64,000 nt of DNA from an uncultured virus (IMG/VR IMGVR_UViG_3300008261_000014) (taxonomy: Duplodnaviria; Heunggongvirae; Uroviricota; Caudoviricetes). The notes under the pieces were generated by a model. That model had not been told where the DNA came from, made no database searches, and saw only the letters and a program-made list of their open reading frames with translations. Location: the IMG/VR virus record IMGVR_UViG_3300008261_000014, positions 1 through 64,000 of that record. One strand, given 5' to 3'. Positions 9,220 through 19,968 of this stretch are shown piece after piece. Position numbers and translations under genes: made by a program. Position 1 is the first letter of the stretch. Every line of letters begins with the position of its first letter.

Positions 9220-12200
9220 TTGCTTAACATAACTCCTTCTGGTTCAGACACAATAATCAAAAATAAACTAAAGAATTCAAACTCAATAGAGTCTACTCAC
9301 TATGTCGTTGGTCAATGGAACCATAATGGCATTGCAACAATTGAAGACTTTGGAAACTACGATCAAGTTTTAGTAGACTCAACCTATACAAAGGGGCTGA
9401 ACTACTCATCAGGCAACCACAAGGTGTACTATGACTCAGTTGATAATGCAGGTGTAATTACAGAAGAAGAGTTTGACAATACCAAACTAAATAAATATTA
9501 TAATCTAGAAAGTTGCTTTGACAATTTTAGACCAACAGCAGGTGTTGTAAGACCAATGGCTCTTGGATCTAACATTCCAATGTTTTACCTTCTTAATGTT
9601 AATGACCTAGACAAGAGCACAACAAGTATAAACAAGCCTTATCTTGGTTCTTATAATCAAGACTTTACCTACTGGACCTCTGCAAGATTTGGGTCTACAA
9701 CAGAAGGAGTTCTTGGTACATCTAAAACAACTGCTGTTAATGCCAAGTACGATATACGGGTTGGCTCTACTGGAAAAGGAAAGATTGCTCCGTTTGTAAA
9801 GTATACAAATGGTGTATGGACAAATACAATTAGAGTTGTACATCAAACACATCTTGGGGTTCCGCTACAGTATAAGATTCAATTCCTTAATGCTACAAAT
9901 GTATGGACAACAGCCTTCGATGTTTTGCCAGACACAGTTGGAATTCCAACAAAGAATAGCAATGGTGTTCTAGAGATCTACTTTGATACCGATGCCGATA
10001 ACACTTGGAAGATTTTAACTAGTGAGTTTACACCAAAGCCAGTAACAGATTTATCTATTACAAGCGACCAGGCCGTTAAGATTTATGGATTAAGGCTGGT
10101 AGTAGAATCAATGTCTGCACCAGACATCCCATTTGAATTAATAGAATTATCTCCAAAACTAACTGTAAACCTTACAGACTATGTGTCTAATATATCGTTT
10201 AAGACAAGTGTTCCAGATAATCCAGTTGGTTTGCCAGTGGGTGGAGTCACTATTGGCACTGGGGAGATTACCCTTTCTAATGAAAACAATATGTTCTTAA
10301 ATACAAATACATCAACAATGCTGTACGACTCAATGCATAAGAATACAAAGATTAAGGTTTATCAAACTCTTAATGATGGCACCTCATCTTTCAATGTTCC
10401 CTTAAAAGAGATGTACGCTGAGTCTTGGAAAGAAGATAGCAATTTTGAAGTATCTGGAGAACTGTATGATTTTATGAAGTTCTTGCAGTCAAAAAGTTCT
10501 AATGACATATTTATATCTAACCCAAACGTACCTGTAACTCTTGCAATTCAATCAATGCTTCATAACATTGGACACACTAACTTTAGAATTTTAACTAACT
10601 CCAACTCTGTAGATTCCATTCAATACTTTTTTTCTTCTAGAGAAAAAACAATTGCAGAAGTTTTAAGCGATATTGCCAGTGCAACCCAGTCGGCTATATT
10701 TATTGACGCTAACGGAAATTTAACGTTTGCAAGCAGAGAGTATTTAATGAACCCAGAGGCTCCTGAATCTTGGTGGATTACAACTGAAGATATAGATGTT
10801 GTTGCTGGTGTTGCATCAAAGCCATCGTTTAACTCCAACCCATACTCTGGTTCTTATGCAGTTACTGATGTTGATTACCTAGCAAATGTTTCTAGCCTAC
10901 AAAAAGTATTGTCAGATGTTGTAAATGATGGAGACGTTGCATACAAGCCAAGATCTTGGAAGTCCTATCAAGCACTACCCACAGATACATTTTCAAATGC
11001 AGCAAAGAAAGACATTGGAGTTAACCCATTTGCATTTCAATCCAAGGCTTCTTTTCAAAAAGTATGGAGTCCTGGAAACAGATCAAGCGATGGAGAAGGA
11101 AGCAGCAATTCAGAAAACATCCTTGCTGGATCATGCTTGATGGATACTTTAAAATCTGGCAGGCTAACTGACAAAACTATTACTGTTCTTAAGTCAGAGA
11201 TAGCATCTAACCCATACTCTACATTAAACGACTTATTGACTGCAAAGGTTTTATCTACAACCACAATAGATGATAAAACAAAATACATTAATCTTTCTAG
11301 TTTAGATATGTATACTTTTCCATATTCTGGTTATCTAAGAATTGACAATGAATATGTGGAGTTTAAAGGGATTGAATATATCAAGGTTCCAGTTTCTAAA
11401 AAAGGATATTCAGTAAACAAATATAGCAGAGCCACAAACGTTATAACCTTAAACACAGTAGAGCCACATTCACTTAATATAAATGACTCTATTGTGATTA
11501 CTGGAACGTCAGACATCAATGGAGTTTATTCAATTACAGCCACTCCAGACGACCTTACAATTAAGTTTAATAAAACTGGATCAGATATTGCAGAAAAGTA
11601 TGGCCCATACAACTCAATGATAATGAGCAACATAGCCCCTATTAAGTATATGGTCTTCTCAGATGTTGATAAAATTAATAACCAAGAGTCAAGTAAGGTT
11701 GGAGACGTTGCACTTACGACTGGGAGAATTGCTCTAAAGTTAGAATTTGAGCAAACATCTTCAACATCTACAGAAATAACCTACAAGGTGGTATCTGATG
11801 GTAGAGGAAAGTTTGGAACTACTCCAAAAGAACATATAGGGATGAACTCTTCGTCAGCACTTACCTCTGAATGGACTAATGCATCAATTCATATGTACGA
11901 CGCAGCAATGAGATTTAACGCTTCTCCAAATTCCAACAACAATGGATTTTCCGTGCAAAGATCAAATGAGTCACAAGTTTTAGACAACATTGGTTCTATC
12001 ACAACTGGAGCGGTTGTTATTACTGGAACAAAAATGAATTCTGGTGGAGATATATCAGAATGGTACGAAAGCGTAATTGACGGAGACCTAACTGGCCTAG
12101 AGGCTGAGATGGTTAAATCTATGAAGTTAACACAAAAAGAAGATGCAATTATTCAAGGATGCTATAAGAAACTAGACCATGTATATACATCTTATAGTGC

Positions 12201-13383
12201 AAGGTTGGCAATTCTACAAAGCCAATCAAGATCTTCAAACTTAGAAAATTTATCAAATGTTCCAGTAGCAGGTATTGGGATTCACGTCAATACTACAACG
12301 GGTGAAGGATACTATCTTGAATTTGGTGCTTCTGGTGGAAGGACCTTGATTGATAACAATCTTAGATTTTATAAAGTATATTCTTCAGCAGGAATGCTTA
12401 AGGTCAAGGTTTTGTTTGTAGGTACTATTGAAAATGTAAATCAGAATGTTATTACACCATTTGGAGATCTATCTACAAGTGGGGCAGATACTGGATGGAC
12501 AAATCTTAAAGTAAATGTTGGAACAGACAATACTTTTGAAATAGCAGCACAGAATTATATTGTTGGAACCGTACGTGACTCCAGCCCACTACCAAAAACC
12601 AATAACATCATGATGTTTGTTCGTGGAGATGGAATAGCAATCTTTGATAAGATTTCTGCTATGAGTGATCCAAACAATACATTGGTTGATCTGCCTTCAT
12701 ATGGAAAATTTAATGTTTACAATGCAGGAAACGAAGATTACACAGCCGTTGAAAACAGTGCTTCAAGATACTATGAGTCTTTTGGTAAAGATGTTAATGA
12801 ACTAAAACTATATGATTTTAAATACAACGCAACTCCAATTTTAAGGTCAGTAGTTTCAGACTTGAGTTCCGTTGGTGCTGGATATGTTATTGAAGAACTA
12901 AATACCAACTCATTTGGTGGAAAGTTAAAACTTAGAAATAAGACTGGAAGAACCATTATCCTTTCAGACGGAACAAAGAATGAAGTAGGAATCTACGGAG
13001 TCATTATGAAGGAAGATCCAGGCAAGAGGGTTACTGCTTCTGGACTCCTTTCAGACAAAAGTTTAAAAACAATGTTCTTAGATTCAATTAACCAAAGCAA
13101 GAGAAAATATGGTCTAAAGACATTTAACATTGCTTCTGATTACATTCAGACACAGGCTCAAGCAAGTAAGTTAATGCAATGGATCCTAGATAAATGTTCA
13201 AAGCCATTTAATATTGTTGATGTTGACATATTCCCAAATCCATTTTTAGAAATTGGTGACTTTGTTAAAATCTATACAGAAAAGCACAGCGTCCCATCTT
13301 CCAAGTTTGTCATTACATCTATTGAGTACAAGGTTGATTCAAATGGACCAGATATGTCAATTGAATTAAGGGAGGTTAGATAA
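9220..13383 (+). CDS. Large tail tip/hub protein
   Basis: 1387 aa beta-rich; second gene after TMP; C-terminal YG.K...I.SDYIQT...NPFLEIGD hub-like ending. Confidence 0.65.
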   Translation: MLNITPSGSDTIIKNKLKNSNSIESTHYVVGQWNHNGIATIEDFGNYDQVLVDSTYTKGLNYSSGNHKVYYDSVDNAGVITEEEFDNTKLNKYYNLESCFDNFRPTAGVVRPMALGSNIPMFYLLNVNDLDKSTTSINKPYLGSYNQDFTYWTSARFGSTTEGVLGTSKTTAVNAKYDIRVGSTGKGKIAPFVKYTNGVWTNTIRVVHQTHLGVPLQYKIQFLNATNVWTTAFDVLPDTVGIPTKNSNGVLEIYFDTDADNTWKILTSEFTPKPVTDLSITSDQAVKIYGLRLVVESMSAPDIPFELIELSPKLTVNLTDYVSNISFKTSVPDNPVGLPVGGVTIGTGEITLSNENNMFLNTNTSTMLYDSMHKNTKIKVYQTLNDGTSSFNVPLKEMYAESWKEDSNFEVSGELYDFMKFLQSKSSNDIFISNPNVPVTLAIQSMLHNIGHTNFRILTNSNSVDSIQYFFSSREKTIAEVLSDIASATQSAIFIDANGNLTFASREYLMNPEAPESWWITTEDIDVVAGVASKPSFNSNPYSGSYAVTDVDYLANVSSLQKVLSDVVNDGDVAYKPRSWKSYQALPTDTFSNAAKKDIGVNPFAFQSKASFQKVWSPGNRSSDGEGSSNSENILAGSCLMDTLKSGRLTDKTITVLKSEIASNPYSTLNDLLTAKVLSTTTIDDKTKYINLSSLDMYTFPYSGYLRIDNEYVEFKGIEYIKVPVSKKGYSVNKYSRATNVITLNTVEPHSLNINDSIVITGTSDINGVYSITATPDDLTIKFNKTGSDIAEKYGPYNSMIMSNIAPIKYMVFSDVDKINNQESSKVGDVALTTGRIALKLEFEQTSSTSTEITYKVVSDGRGKFGTTPKEHIGMNSSSALTSEWTNASIHMYDAAMRFNASPNSNNNGFSVQRSNESQVLDNIGSITTGAVVITGTKMNSGGDISEWYESVIDGDLTGLEAEMVKSMKLTQKEDAIIQGCYKKLDHVYTSYSARLAILQSQSRSSNLENLSNVPVAGIGIHVNTTTGEGYYLEFGASGGRTLIDNNLRFYKVYSSAGMLKVKVLFVGTIENVNQNVITPFGDLSTSGADTGWTNLKVNVGTDNTFEIAAQNYIVGTVRDSSPLPKTNNIMMFVRGDGIAIFDKISAMSDPNNTLVDLPSYGKFNVYNAGNEDYTAVENSASRYYESFGKDVNELKLYDFKYNATPILRSVVSDLSSVGAGYVIEELNTNSFGGKLKLRNKTGRTIILSDGTKNEVGIYGVIMKEDPGKRVTASGLLSDKSLKTMFLDSINQSKRKYGLKTFNIASDYIQTQAQASKLMQWILDKCSKPFNIVDVDIFPNPFLEIGDFVKIYTEKHSVPSSKFVITSIEYKVDSNGPDMSIELREVR

Positions 13384-15050
13384 TGGTAGTTAAGGCTCCA
13401 GTAAAAGTTATTAATAAAGTAGCAACTCCTGCTAAAGCAGCACCTGCTCCAAAAGCAGCACCAGCACCCAAGCCAAGTCCTGCAGCAGTACCAGTAAAGC
13501 AAACTGCTTCAAAGCCAACCCCATCACTTCCATCTATTCCTCAATTAATTAAAGCACCTGCAGCAGTTGCTAAGAGTCAAGTTGCAAGTAAAGTTCTTCC
13601 TATGCCAACACCAAGTCCAAGCCCTGGGCCAAAGCCTAAGCCACCAGAAAAAAGCAGTGGTTTGTTTGGTAGTGTTGGTAATGCATTGAAGAAAGCAGGA
13701 AGTTTTGTAGGTAATGAACTACTGGGTCTTGATGACTTTGGTAATGTTATTAAACATGCAAAGAATGGAGACTGGGGTAAGGCTGCTAAGTCATTAGGTG
13801 CAGGTGCATTTGAAATGGGCACTACAGCATTAATGCTTGTTCCAGGAGTAGGAACAGCAGCAGGTGCAGCAATTAAAGCAGGAGCAACTGCAGGAAAAGT
13901 AGGAGCAAAGCAAGTAGTTAAACAAGCAGTTGCAAAACCAATGGCCCAGAAAGTTGTTTCTCAAGCATCTAAAGCAGCAACAAAAACTAAAGATGGATTG
14001 AAGACTGCTCAAACAGTAGTTAAGAAAGCAGCATCAAGTGGTGCAACAAAAGCAACTCAAGCATCTAAGGCTGCGGTGCAAGTTGGAAAGAAGACTGCAG
14101 GAGCCGTAAAGACACAGACAGCAAAAATTGCAACAAAGGTTGTTGACAATATTCCTGGAGTTGGAAAGGCTGCTGCTAAATTAAAAGCACCAGCAAGAGT
14201 AGCAGGAGCAGCAGTCAAGGGTAGCATATCTAAGATTGGTAAATTTGGAAAGAATAAAATTGTAAATCCACTTAAATCAAAATTGTCTCAGGGTGCAAAA
14301 AAGGCAAAAGATATTGTAAAAAGAGTAGGGGCCAAACTTAAAAAGGGTGGCAAGAAGTTAAAGAAAAAAACTAAGATTAGAATAGGTGCAGGCATTGCCA
14401 AAATTCCAGGAATTATTGGTGGTCTTGATGATGGTCCAGATGATGGTTCAGATGGAGATGATGGCAATGACGGTGGCAATGACGGTGGTACTGATGGTGG
14501 TACTGATGGTGGTACTGACCCAGATCCAGATCCCAAGCCACCAAAGAAAGAAGAAGAAAAAGACGGCAAAAAGGATCCAGATGAAGAAAAACCAAATATG
14601 GATTCAACGCAGACTCTTGACCTTATATCACAGGGCATTGATAATATTGGTCAGGATGTTTTAGATGCATTTTTAGGAAACATAATTGAAAGCATTGAAC
14701 TGGAGCCTAATAACTTATTAACTTCAATTACATTATTACAGGTAGATGGGCTAGCCGTTTCTTCTACAATTGGAACAAAGGATAGTTCATACAATTTACC
14801 AAAGGCAAGTGGAAGTATATTTGCAAACCAACTACCAGATTCAGGATACAAACTATACTCACCAATCTTAAGCCCTGCTATATTTGCAACTAAAGCAAAG
14901 TTTGGAACATCTTCAACTACTGGGTTTGTAGAGAATAAAGTAAAAACAGATGTGTCTGGAATGCCTAAGTATGATCTTAAACTAGAACTACCTGACCGTA
15001 GAGGTATAGCCACATATGAGGTACAATATATTATGGAGAATATAACATGA
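13383..15050 (+). CDS. Low-complexity tail-module protein (Pro/Ala/Lys-rich, acidic Asp-Gly repeats)
   Basis: Translationally coupled on both sides; strong composition bias visible in translation. Confidence 0.6.
   Translation: MVVKAPVKVINKVATPAKAAPAPKAAPAPKPSPAAVPVKQTASKPTPSLPSIPQLIKAPAAVAKSQVASKVLPMPTPSPSPGPKPKPPEKSSGLFGSVGNALKKAGSFVGNELLGLDDFGNVIKHAKNGDWGKAAKSLGAGAFEMGTTALMLVPGVGTAAGAAIKAGATAGKVGAKQVVKQAVAKPMAQKVVSQASKAATKTKDGLKTAQTVVKKAASSGATKATQASKAAVQVGKKTAGAVKTQTAKIATKVVDNIPGVGKAAAKLKAPARVAGAAVKGSISKIGKFGKNKIVNPLKSKLSQGAKKAKDIVKRVGAKLKKGGKKLKKKTKIRIGAGIAKIPGIIGGLDDGPDDGSDGDDGNDGGNDGGTDGGTDGGTDPDPDPKPPKKEEEKDGKKDPDEEKPNMDSTQTLDLISQGIDNIGQDVLDAFLGNIIESIELEPNNLLTSITLLQVDGLAVSSTIGTKDSSYNLPKASGSIFANQLPDSGYKLYSPILSPAIFATKAKFGTSSTTGFVENKVKTDVSGMPKYDLKLELPDRRGIATYEVQYIMENIT
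14460..14535 (+). repeat. 12-bp tandem repeats encoding DGGN/DGGT followed by DPDPDP
   Basis: gacggtggcaat gacggtggtact gatggtggtact gatggtggtact. Confidence 0.8.
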
Positions 15051-15916
15051 TAACTGACCAAGGAAAAGACTTAATTTTAAGATACCTAGCAGGAGTAGCA
15101 CCTTCCTTTGCTGGCGATATTGCCGTAGGAACTGGCTTTGCAACACCACTATCTACAGAGACCTCATTAGACTTTGAGATAGGAAGATTTGAAGTATCCT
15201 CTGGTGCTATTGAAGGGGCTACAAGAAGAGCAGTATTTCAGTCAACAGTAGAAGGCAACTCTGAGTTTGTGCTTGGAGAAATTGCATTGTACCCAAACGT
15301 TAGTTTGCTTGGCATCAATAGTTTTAAATCTAGCGTTTCATTGTTGTTCTCAGCCTCAGAAGGATATACCCTTGGTAATGTTAATTCTACGATGGTATCA
15401 AAGGCTACCACAGGGCAAGAGTCCTTAATTCGTGTAGGAACCCAAGGCCTTAAGTTACAAGGATCTGCATCTTCAGCATTTACATCAAACAATAAAAATT
15501 ATAACTATGTGTCAGCACAGGATAAGGTAAACCTTGCTTTGATCGTAAACAACACAACCCCTACTTTTGATATTACACTAAAGGTTTATGACTCTGTTAA
15601 TCCAACTACTCCAATGCTAATTCAACTAACCCAGGCAAACTCTGTAGTTAAGTATGACGTTGTTGGCTCAAATGCTTATGTTACATTAAAGAAAGAAATC
15701 GGAACACAGACTGTAGACTTCAGTAAGATAACCAAGTTTGAGTTTGTTAATAATGGCTCTCAGACTGTTATCCTAGATGGATTTAAGTTTGAAGAAATTG
15801 ATTCAGTTTCACCATTCAACGCAATGATTGTAAAACAAAAGTTATCATCTTTAACAACTAAACTAAGTGGCGTACCAGTTGATATCGAAATTCAACTAGG
15901 TATTGATTTCGTATAG
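15047..15916 (+). CDS. Baseplate/minor tail protein
   Basis: MITDQGK..I.RYLAG...IAVGTG...L.FEI.R N-terminus typical of baseplate and fibre-attachment proteins. Confidence 0.6.
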   Translation: MITDQGKDLILRYLAGVAPSFAGDIAVGTGFATPLSTETSLDFEIGRFEVSSGAIEGATRRAVFQSTVEGNSEFVLGEIALYPNVSLLGINSFKSSVSLLFSASEGYTLGNVNSTMVSKATTGQESLIRVGTQGLKLQGSASSAFTSNNKNYNYVSAQDKVNLALIVNNTTPTFDITLKVYDSVNPTTPMLIQLTQANSVVKYDVVGSNAYVTLKKEIGTQTVDFSKITKFEFVNNGSQTVILDGFKFEEIDSVSPFNAMIVKQKLSSLTTKLSGVPVDIEIQLGIDFV

Positions 15917-15923
15917 GACTACA

Positions 15924-16331
15924 ATGGATAAAATTGTTCCTAACTTAGATCCCAATAAGAAATACAAGTTAAGATATCGTGCAGTTGGCTCTGGTGGAGA
16001 GTTAGGTCAATGGTCTCCTCTTTACGTCTTAAACGCCCCTGTAGGGGTCCCAGACGTGTCTACAAAAAGCCCTGTAGTAGAAAGTGCTCCTGGAAAATAT
16101 ATCATTAGATTGCCACAAGAGGTCGTTAGCGTTGTGCTTCCAGCCATCAATAATAACACTGTCAAGATTGAGTTTCTTTGGAAGTTTTGGACTCCAGGAT
16201 TAAACTTGCCAAATGGGTATGAAGTAAACTATAATACATCTGGTGCAATTGCAGACATTGCACACATTGTAGATTTAGACGGGCTAGATAAAAGAATTGC
16301 TAGAGCAGCATATAAGGTGGTGAAGGTGTAA
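15924..16331 (+). CDS. Minor tail protein with FN3-like strand pattern
   Basis: LDPNKKYKLRYRAV...GQWS; ATG 15924 preferred over TTG 15903. Confidence 0.5.
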   Translation: MDKIVPNLDPNKKYKLRYRAVGSGGELGQWSPLYVLNAPVGVPDVSTKSPVVESAPGKYIIRLPQEVVSVVLPAINNNTVKIEFLWKFWTPGLNLPNGYEVNYNTSGAIADIAHIVDLDGLDKRIARAAYKVVKV

Positions 16332-17446
16332 TGGCAGATACGTTTTATGACATAGAGTCAGCAGAGGCAGTCTTTGGTACATACGAAGAGACCCCATTTA
16401 ACATCGTTACTGAAACCTTTTCACTTGTAGTAGACTCAATTAGTTCTCCAAACTATGTTGCAGAAGAGTCTGGATGGAAGATTAACAAGTCTGGAAACGC
16501 AGAGTTCAACGATGTTATTGTACGTGGTCAGTTTGCTGCAGGATCTATTACTGTAGGTGAAACTCCAGTAGATGACTTTATCGTATTACCAGATGGTAAG
16601 TTTGGTGCAGGAAACGTAAAAATAGATACAGTTCTTGGAGAACAGGTTATTGTTCCTCGTGTTGTTGGAGACGAAGGTTATATTACTGACGGATCTTACC
16701 TAATTTGGAATGGTTCATCTCTTACAGTAACTGGCTCTGGAGTTATGGGTGGTGCCTCTCTGGTAGATGGCTCAGTTACCTCTGCAAAGATTGCTAATGG
16801 AACTATTGTTAATGAAGATATAAGTGCAACTGCAGCAATTGCCCAAAGCAAGATATTCAATCTTACAACTGATTTGGGACTCAAAGCAAATATTGCATCT
16901 CCTAGTTTAACAGGAACTCCGCTTGCCCCTACTGCTACATCTGGAACAAATACAACACAGATAGCGACTACTGCCTTTGTAAGTACTGCAATAGCAAACC
17001 TTGTTGACACTGCACCAACTACATTAAACACATTAAATGAATTAGCAGCAGCCTTGGGAGATGATCCAAACTTTGCTTCGACAATTGCGACAAGCCTTGG
17101 AGAAAAGGCTCCTTTAGAATCACCAACATTTACTGGGACAGTTACGCTTCCATCATTAACTATTTCAACTTTGATGATTCAAAACGATGCAGTAGACTCG
17201 ACAAAACTTAAAGACTCTGCTACAATAGATGCTGACAGAGCAGTGACGACTAACCACATTAGAGATTTGTCAGTCACTAATGCTAAGATTGCAGATGCTA
17301 CAATTGCGGAAGCAAAATTGGATGCTGCACTACAGGGTAAGATATCTGACTTTGAGGCATACGGATCTCGTATTGCTCAATTAGAGGATTACTTTACCAC
17401 TGTTGGAGCACCAAATATTACAGGCGTTAAGGGACACAACCACTAG
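16331..17446 (+). CDS. Tail fibre protein
   Basis: GWKINKSGNAEFND, SPSLTGTPLAPT...TTQIATTAFV and APTTLNTLNELAAALGDDPNF fibre motifs. Confidence 0.8.
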   Translation: MADTFYDIESAEAVFGTYEETPFNIVTETFSLVVDSISSPNYVAEESGWKINKSGNAEFNDVIVRGQFAAGSITVGETPVDDFIVLPDGKFGAGNVKIDTVLGEQVIVPRVVGDEGYITDGSYLIWNGSSLTVTGSGVMGGASLVDGSVTSAKIANGTIVNEDISATAAIAQSKIFNLTTDLGLKANIASPSLTGTPLAPTATSGTNTTQIATTAFVSTAIANLVDTAPTTLNTLNELAAALGDDPNFASTIATSLGEKAPLESPTFTGTVTLPSLTISTLMIQNDAVDSTKLKDSATIDADRAVTTNHIRDLSVTNAKIADATIAEAKLDAALQGKISDFEAYGSRIAQLEDYFTTVGAPNITGVKGHNH

Positions 17447-17453
17447 GAGAAAT

Positions 17454-17615
17454 ATGAACTACGAACTTATAGCAACAGAACTTCAGCAACGTATTGGGCA
17501 AATTGTTGCCGACTACGAAGCAAAGATGGCTATCTTGAAGGCTACTGCTACAGAACAACTTAAGGCTAAGGATGCAGAGATTGCATTGCTTAAGCAACCC
17601 AAGGAGACTAAGTAA
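17454..17615 (+). CDS. Small coiled-coil protein
   Basis: AGGAG RBS before ATG 17454; heptad pattern. Confidence 0.55.
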   Translation: MNYELIATELQQRIGQIVADYEAKMAILKATATEQLKAKDAEIALLKQPKETK

Positions 17616-18049
17616 TGGCAAAACAATTAAGTAGCGGATCACCGTTTACTATTGAAGAGTTTAATAATCTTGTAAATGAATTAAATAATATTCAGACTCA
17701 GGTAAACTCAATTCAAAGAGTTCAACAGAATACTAGACTAACTCACAACATTAACGGGGTAGACGTTGACTTAGGAAAATTAAAGATTGTTGCTGGAACG
17801 CAACTTCTTCCTTGGACTGGAAGTCAATCACAACAATTTACAATTGATTTTAAATCAGTATTTCAAGCAACTTCTGGCAGTTTGCCAGTTGTAACAGTTA
17901 CACCAAATGTCGTTGGAAAGACATACACTTTTGAAGTGTCTCTTTCAAACGTGTCAAATGCACAAGTTACTGGTACACTATACGGACCAACAACGGTACC
18001 AGCGAATACTCCGATTACTTTAAACTTTATTGCAGTCGGAACTAGATAA
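17615..18049 (+). CDS. Short fibre/receptor-binding-type protein
   Basis: N-terminal coiled coil plus beta C-terminus ending LNFIAVG. Confidence 0.5.
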   Translation: MAKQLSSGSPFTIEEFNNLVNELNNIQTQVNSIQRVQQNTRLTHNINGVDVDLGKLKIVAGTQLLPWTGSQSQQFTIDFKSVFQATSGSLPVVTVTPNVVGKTYTFEVSLSNVSNAQVTGTLYGPTTVPANTPITLNFIAVGTR

Positions 18050-18059
18050 AGGAAAATAA

Positions 18060-18812
18060 ATGTCAAATGTTCACAAGGCAATCTTTGCCTCAGATATCCA
18101 TTTCCCACGCCATGATCCAAGAGCAGTCGAACTGTTCTTGAAGGTGGTAAAGGCATGGAAGCCAGACAGTATCGATCTCGTAGGAGATATTGATGATGCT
18201 GATGGAACTTCAAGATGGGCCGACGGCACACCTGATGAAGTAAATAATAAAATTGTTATTGATACTAAGATGGTAAACGACTTTCTTGGAGATTTGACTA
18301 AGTTGGCTCCAGGTGCAGATAAGCACTTCCATGACGGTAATCATGGATGGACAAGACACAATGAATACATTAGAAAGAAGGCTCCAGCACTAGATGGATT
18401 GATTAGTCCTGAAAGTCTTTATGATCTTAAGAAGCATGGATTTGCTTGGCACTCATATCAAGAGCCACCAGTAAAACGATTTGAAAACTTCTATGTTCAC
18501 CATGGAGTTGCTATTTCGCAAAATGCTGGAGAGTCAGTAAGAAAAGACGTAGATAACTTCGATGTCTCTATTCTTAGAGGACACTCACATAGAATCGGTG
18601 TTTACCGTAAGACAAGTCCACTATCTGGAAGAGATCTTTCTGGATATGAAATTGGTCATATGTCTAGTATTTCTCAAATGGATTATACTAATAACTGGAA
18701 CTGGCAAATGGGATTTGCTATTGCTCACGTTGTAGATAACGAAGTCCACGTTCAAATCTGCGAGATTAAGGATTACACCACTGTTGTTGATGGGAAAATA
18801 TTCTCAGCATGA
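18060..18812 (+). CDS. Calcineurin-like metallophosphoesterase
   Basis: SDIH, GDIDD, GNH, HG and GHSH motifs. Confidence 0.85.
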   Translation: MSNVHKAIFASDIHFPRHDPRAVELFLKVVKAWKPDSIDLVGDIDDADGTSRWADGTPDEVNNKIVIDTKMVNDFLGDLTKLAPGADKHFHDGNHGWTRHNEYIRKKAPALDGLISPESLYDLKKHGFAWHSYQEPPVKRFENFYVHHGVAISQNAGESVRKDVDNFDVSILRGHSHRIGVYRKTSPLSGRDLSGYEIGHMSSISQMDYTNNWNWQMGFAIAHVVDNEVHVQICEIKDYTTVVDGKIFSA

Positions 18813-19000
18813 TGATGAACTGCAAAGTCTGTTCTGGACGAATCTTTGTTGACAGAGTTTTAACAGGCGAAGACCATATTGAACTTGCTTGCATTATGTG
18901 TGGAAGGCGATGGATCTTTCACAATGCTGAAAGCAAAGGTCGCTTTCCACAATGGCTAATGAAGGTTGAAAAACAATACCTGAAAATAGTACAGGGTTAA
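18809..19000 (+). CDS. Small zinc-ribbon protein
   Basis: CxxC...CxxC. Confidence 0.6.
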   Translation: MMMNCKVCSGRIFVDRVLTGEDHIELACIMCGRRWIFHNAESKGRFPQWLMKVEKQYLKIVQG

Positions 19001-19003
19001 GCA

Positions 19004-19516
19004 ATGAAAGTAGGACCTCCAGTCTCCCCAAGGAGAAGAAAGTTTTTTCTTAACGGAAAACTACATGAGATTCATTTAGTTGATCGTGGTCAAAACATTC
19101 TTTACGCTTTTGATTATGAATCAAAAGAAAAACGTGCTTACATTCTTTCTCAAGTAAAGAAAGAGTTTGAGTATGCTTTTACTATTGGAGAGGTTGCAAA
19201 GTTTATTAATAGACATCCAGACAGAATAAGAAAAGGGATGTATGCTAATAACATTCAATGGGGTACGATTGCAAGAAGACCAGATAAGCAAAAGCGTGGT
19301 GGCGTTTATTATTTTAGCGAATCACACGTAATGGACATTAGAGATTATATGGCTTCTGTTGGTAGAGGAAGACCAAGAAAGGATGGTATAGTTCTCTCAT
19401 GGAACGTACCAAGCAAGGAAGAACTAAGAGCAATGATGGGAAGGGCACAGGTACTTTATGTTAAGACGGCTGATGACAGGTTTGTTCCGATTTGGCAAGC
19501 ACAAGAGTTTAGATAA
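19004..19516 (+). CDS. HTH DNA-binding protein
   Basis: FTIGEVAKFINRHPDRIRK MerR/excisionase-like HTH; GRGRPRK AT-hook-like motif. Confidence 0.6.
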   Translation: MKVGPPVSPRRRKFFLNGKLHEIHLVDRGQNILYAFDYESKEKRAYILSQVKKEFEYAFTIGEVAKFINRHPDRIRKGMYANNIQWGTIARRPDKQKRGGVYYFSESHVMDIRDYMASVGRGRPRKDGIVLSWNVPSKEELRAMMGRAQVLYVKTADDRFVPIWQAQEFR

Positions 19517-19823
19517 ACATGAAGAGTTGCTTCACGAGATCCTTGAAAGGTTAGATGGTTCAGATGATCAAGTAGAGGAGCAACCATTAACAAGAAGTGT
19601 AGCCCTTGGAGCAGCAGCAACGAGTCTAGCAGAAGCAATGCAGTTAGCATCAGAGCAAGAAAGACCAGACGTACTTGACAAGATAGCCAACAGTTGGCTA
19701 TTATTGAGTGAGGCGTTAGAAGATAATGTTCAGAGAACTAAATTTGGATTTCAAGTAGAAGGAGAAGGAAATGGGACAAGTAAAGACAACGTTGAAGTAC
19801 GTGATGAACCTGGGGAACTTTGA
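19458..19823 (+). CDS. Hypothetical protein (start uncertain)
   Basis: Open acidic ORF filling the gap between neighbours. Confidence 0.45.
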   Translation: MLRRLMTGLFRFGKHKSLDKHEELLHEILERLDGSDDQVEEQPLTRSVALGAAATSLAEAMQLASEQERPDVLDKIANSWLLLSEALEDNVQRTKFGFQVEGEGNGTSKDNVEVRDEPGEL

Positions 19824-19968
19824 GAGCATTCACGTAGAGATAGGCCTAGAAGATGAAGTAAGAAAAGACGAGTCACTTGACGAAGCCTTTGAAAGAGTGT
19901 ATAATTTTGTAGAGGTTAAGTTACAACAAAAAGCAAATGAGATACAGGAAGATTTAAAACGTGGCTAA
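19771..19968 (+). CDS. Hypothetical protein
   Basis: GGAG RBS; NLGNFES motif common in phage replication clusters. Confidence 0.6.
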   Translation: MGQVKTTLKYVMNLGNFESIHVEIGLEDEVRKDESLDEAFERVYNFVEVKLQQKANEIQEDLKRG

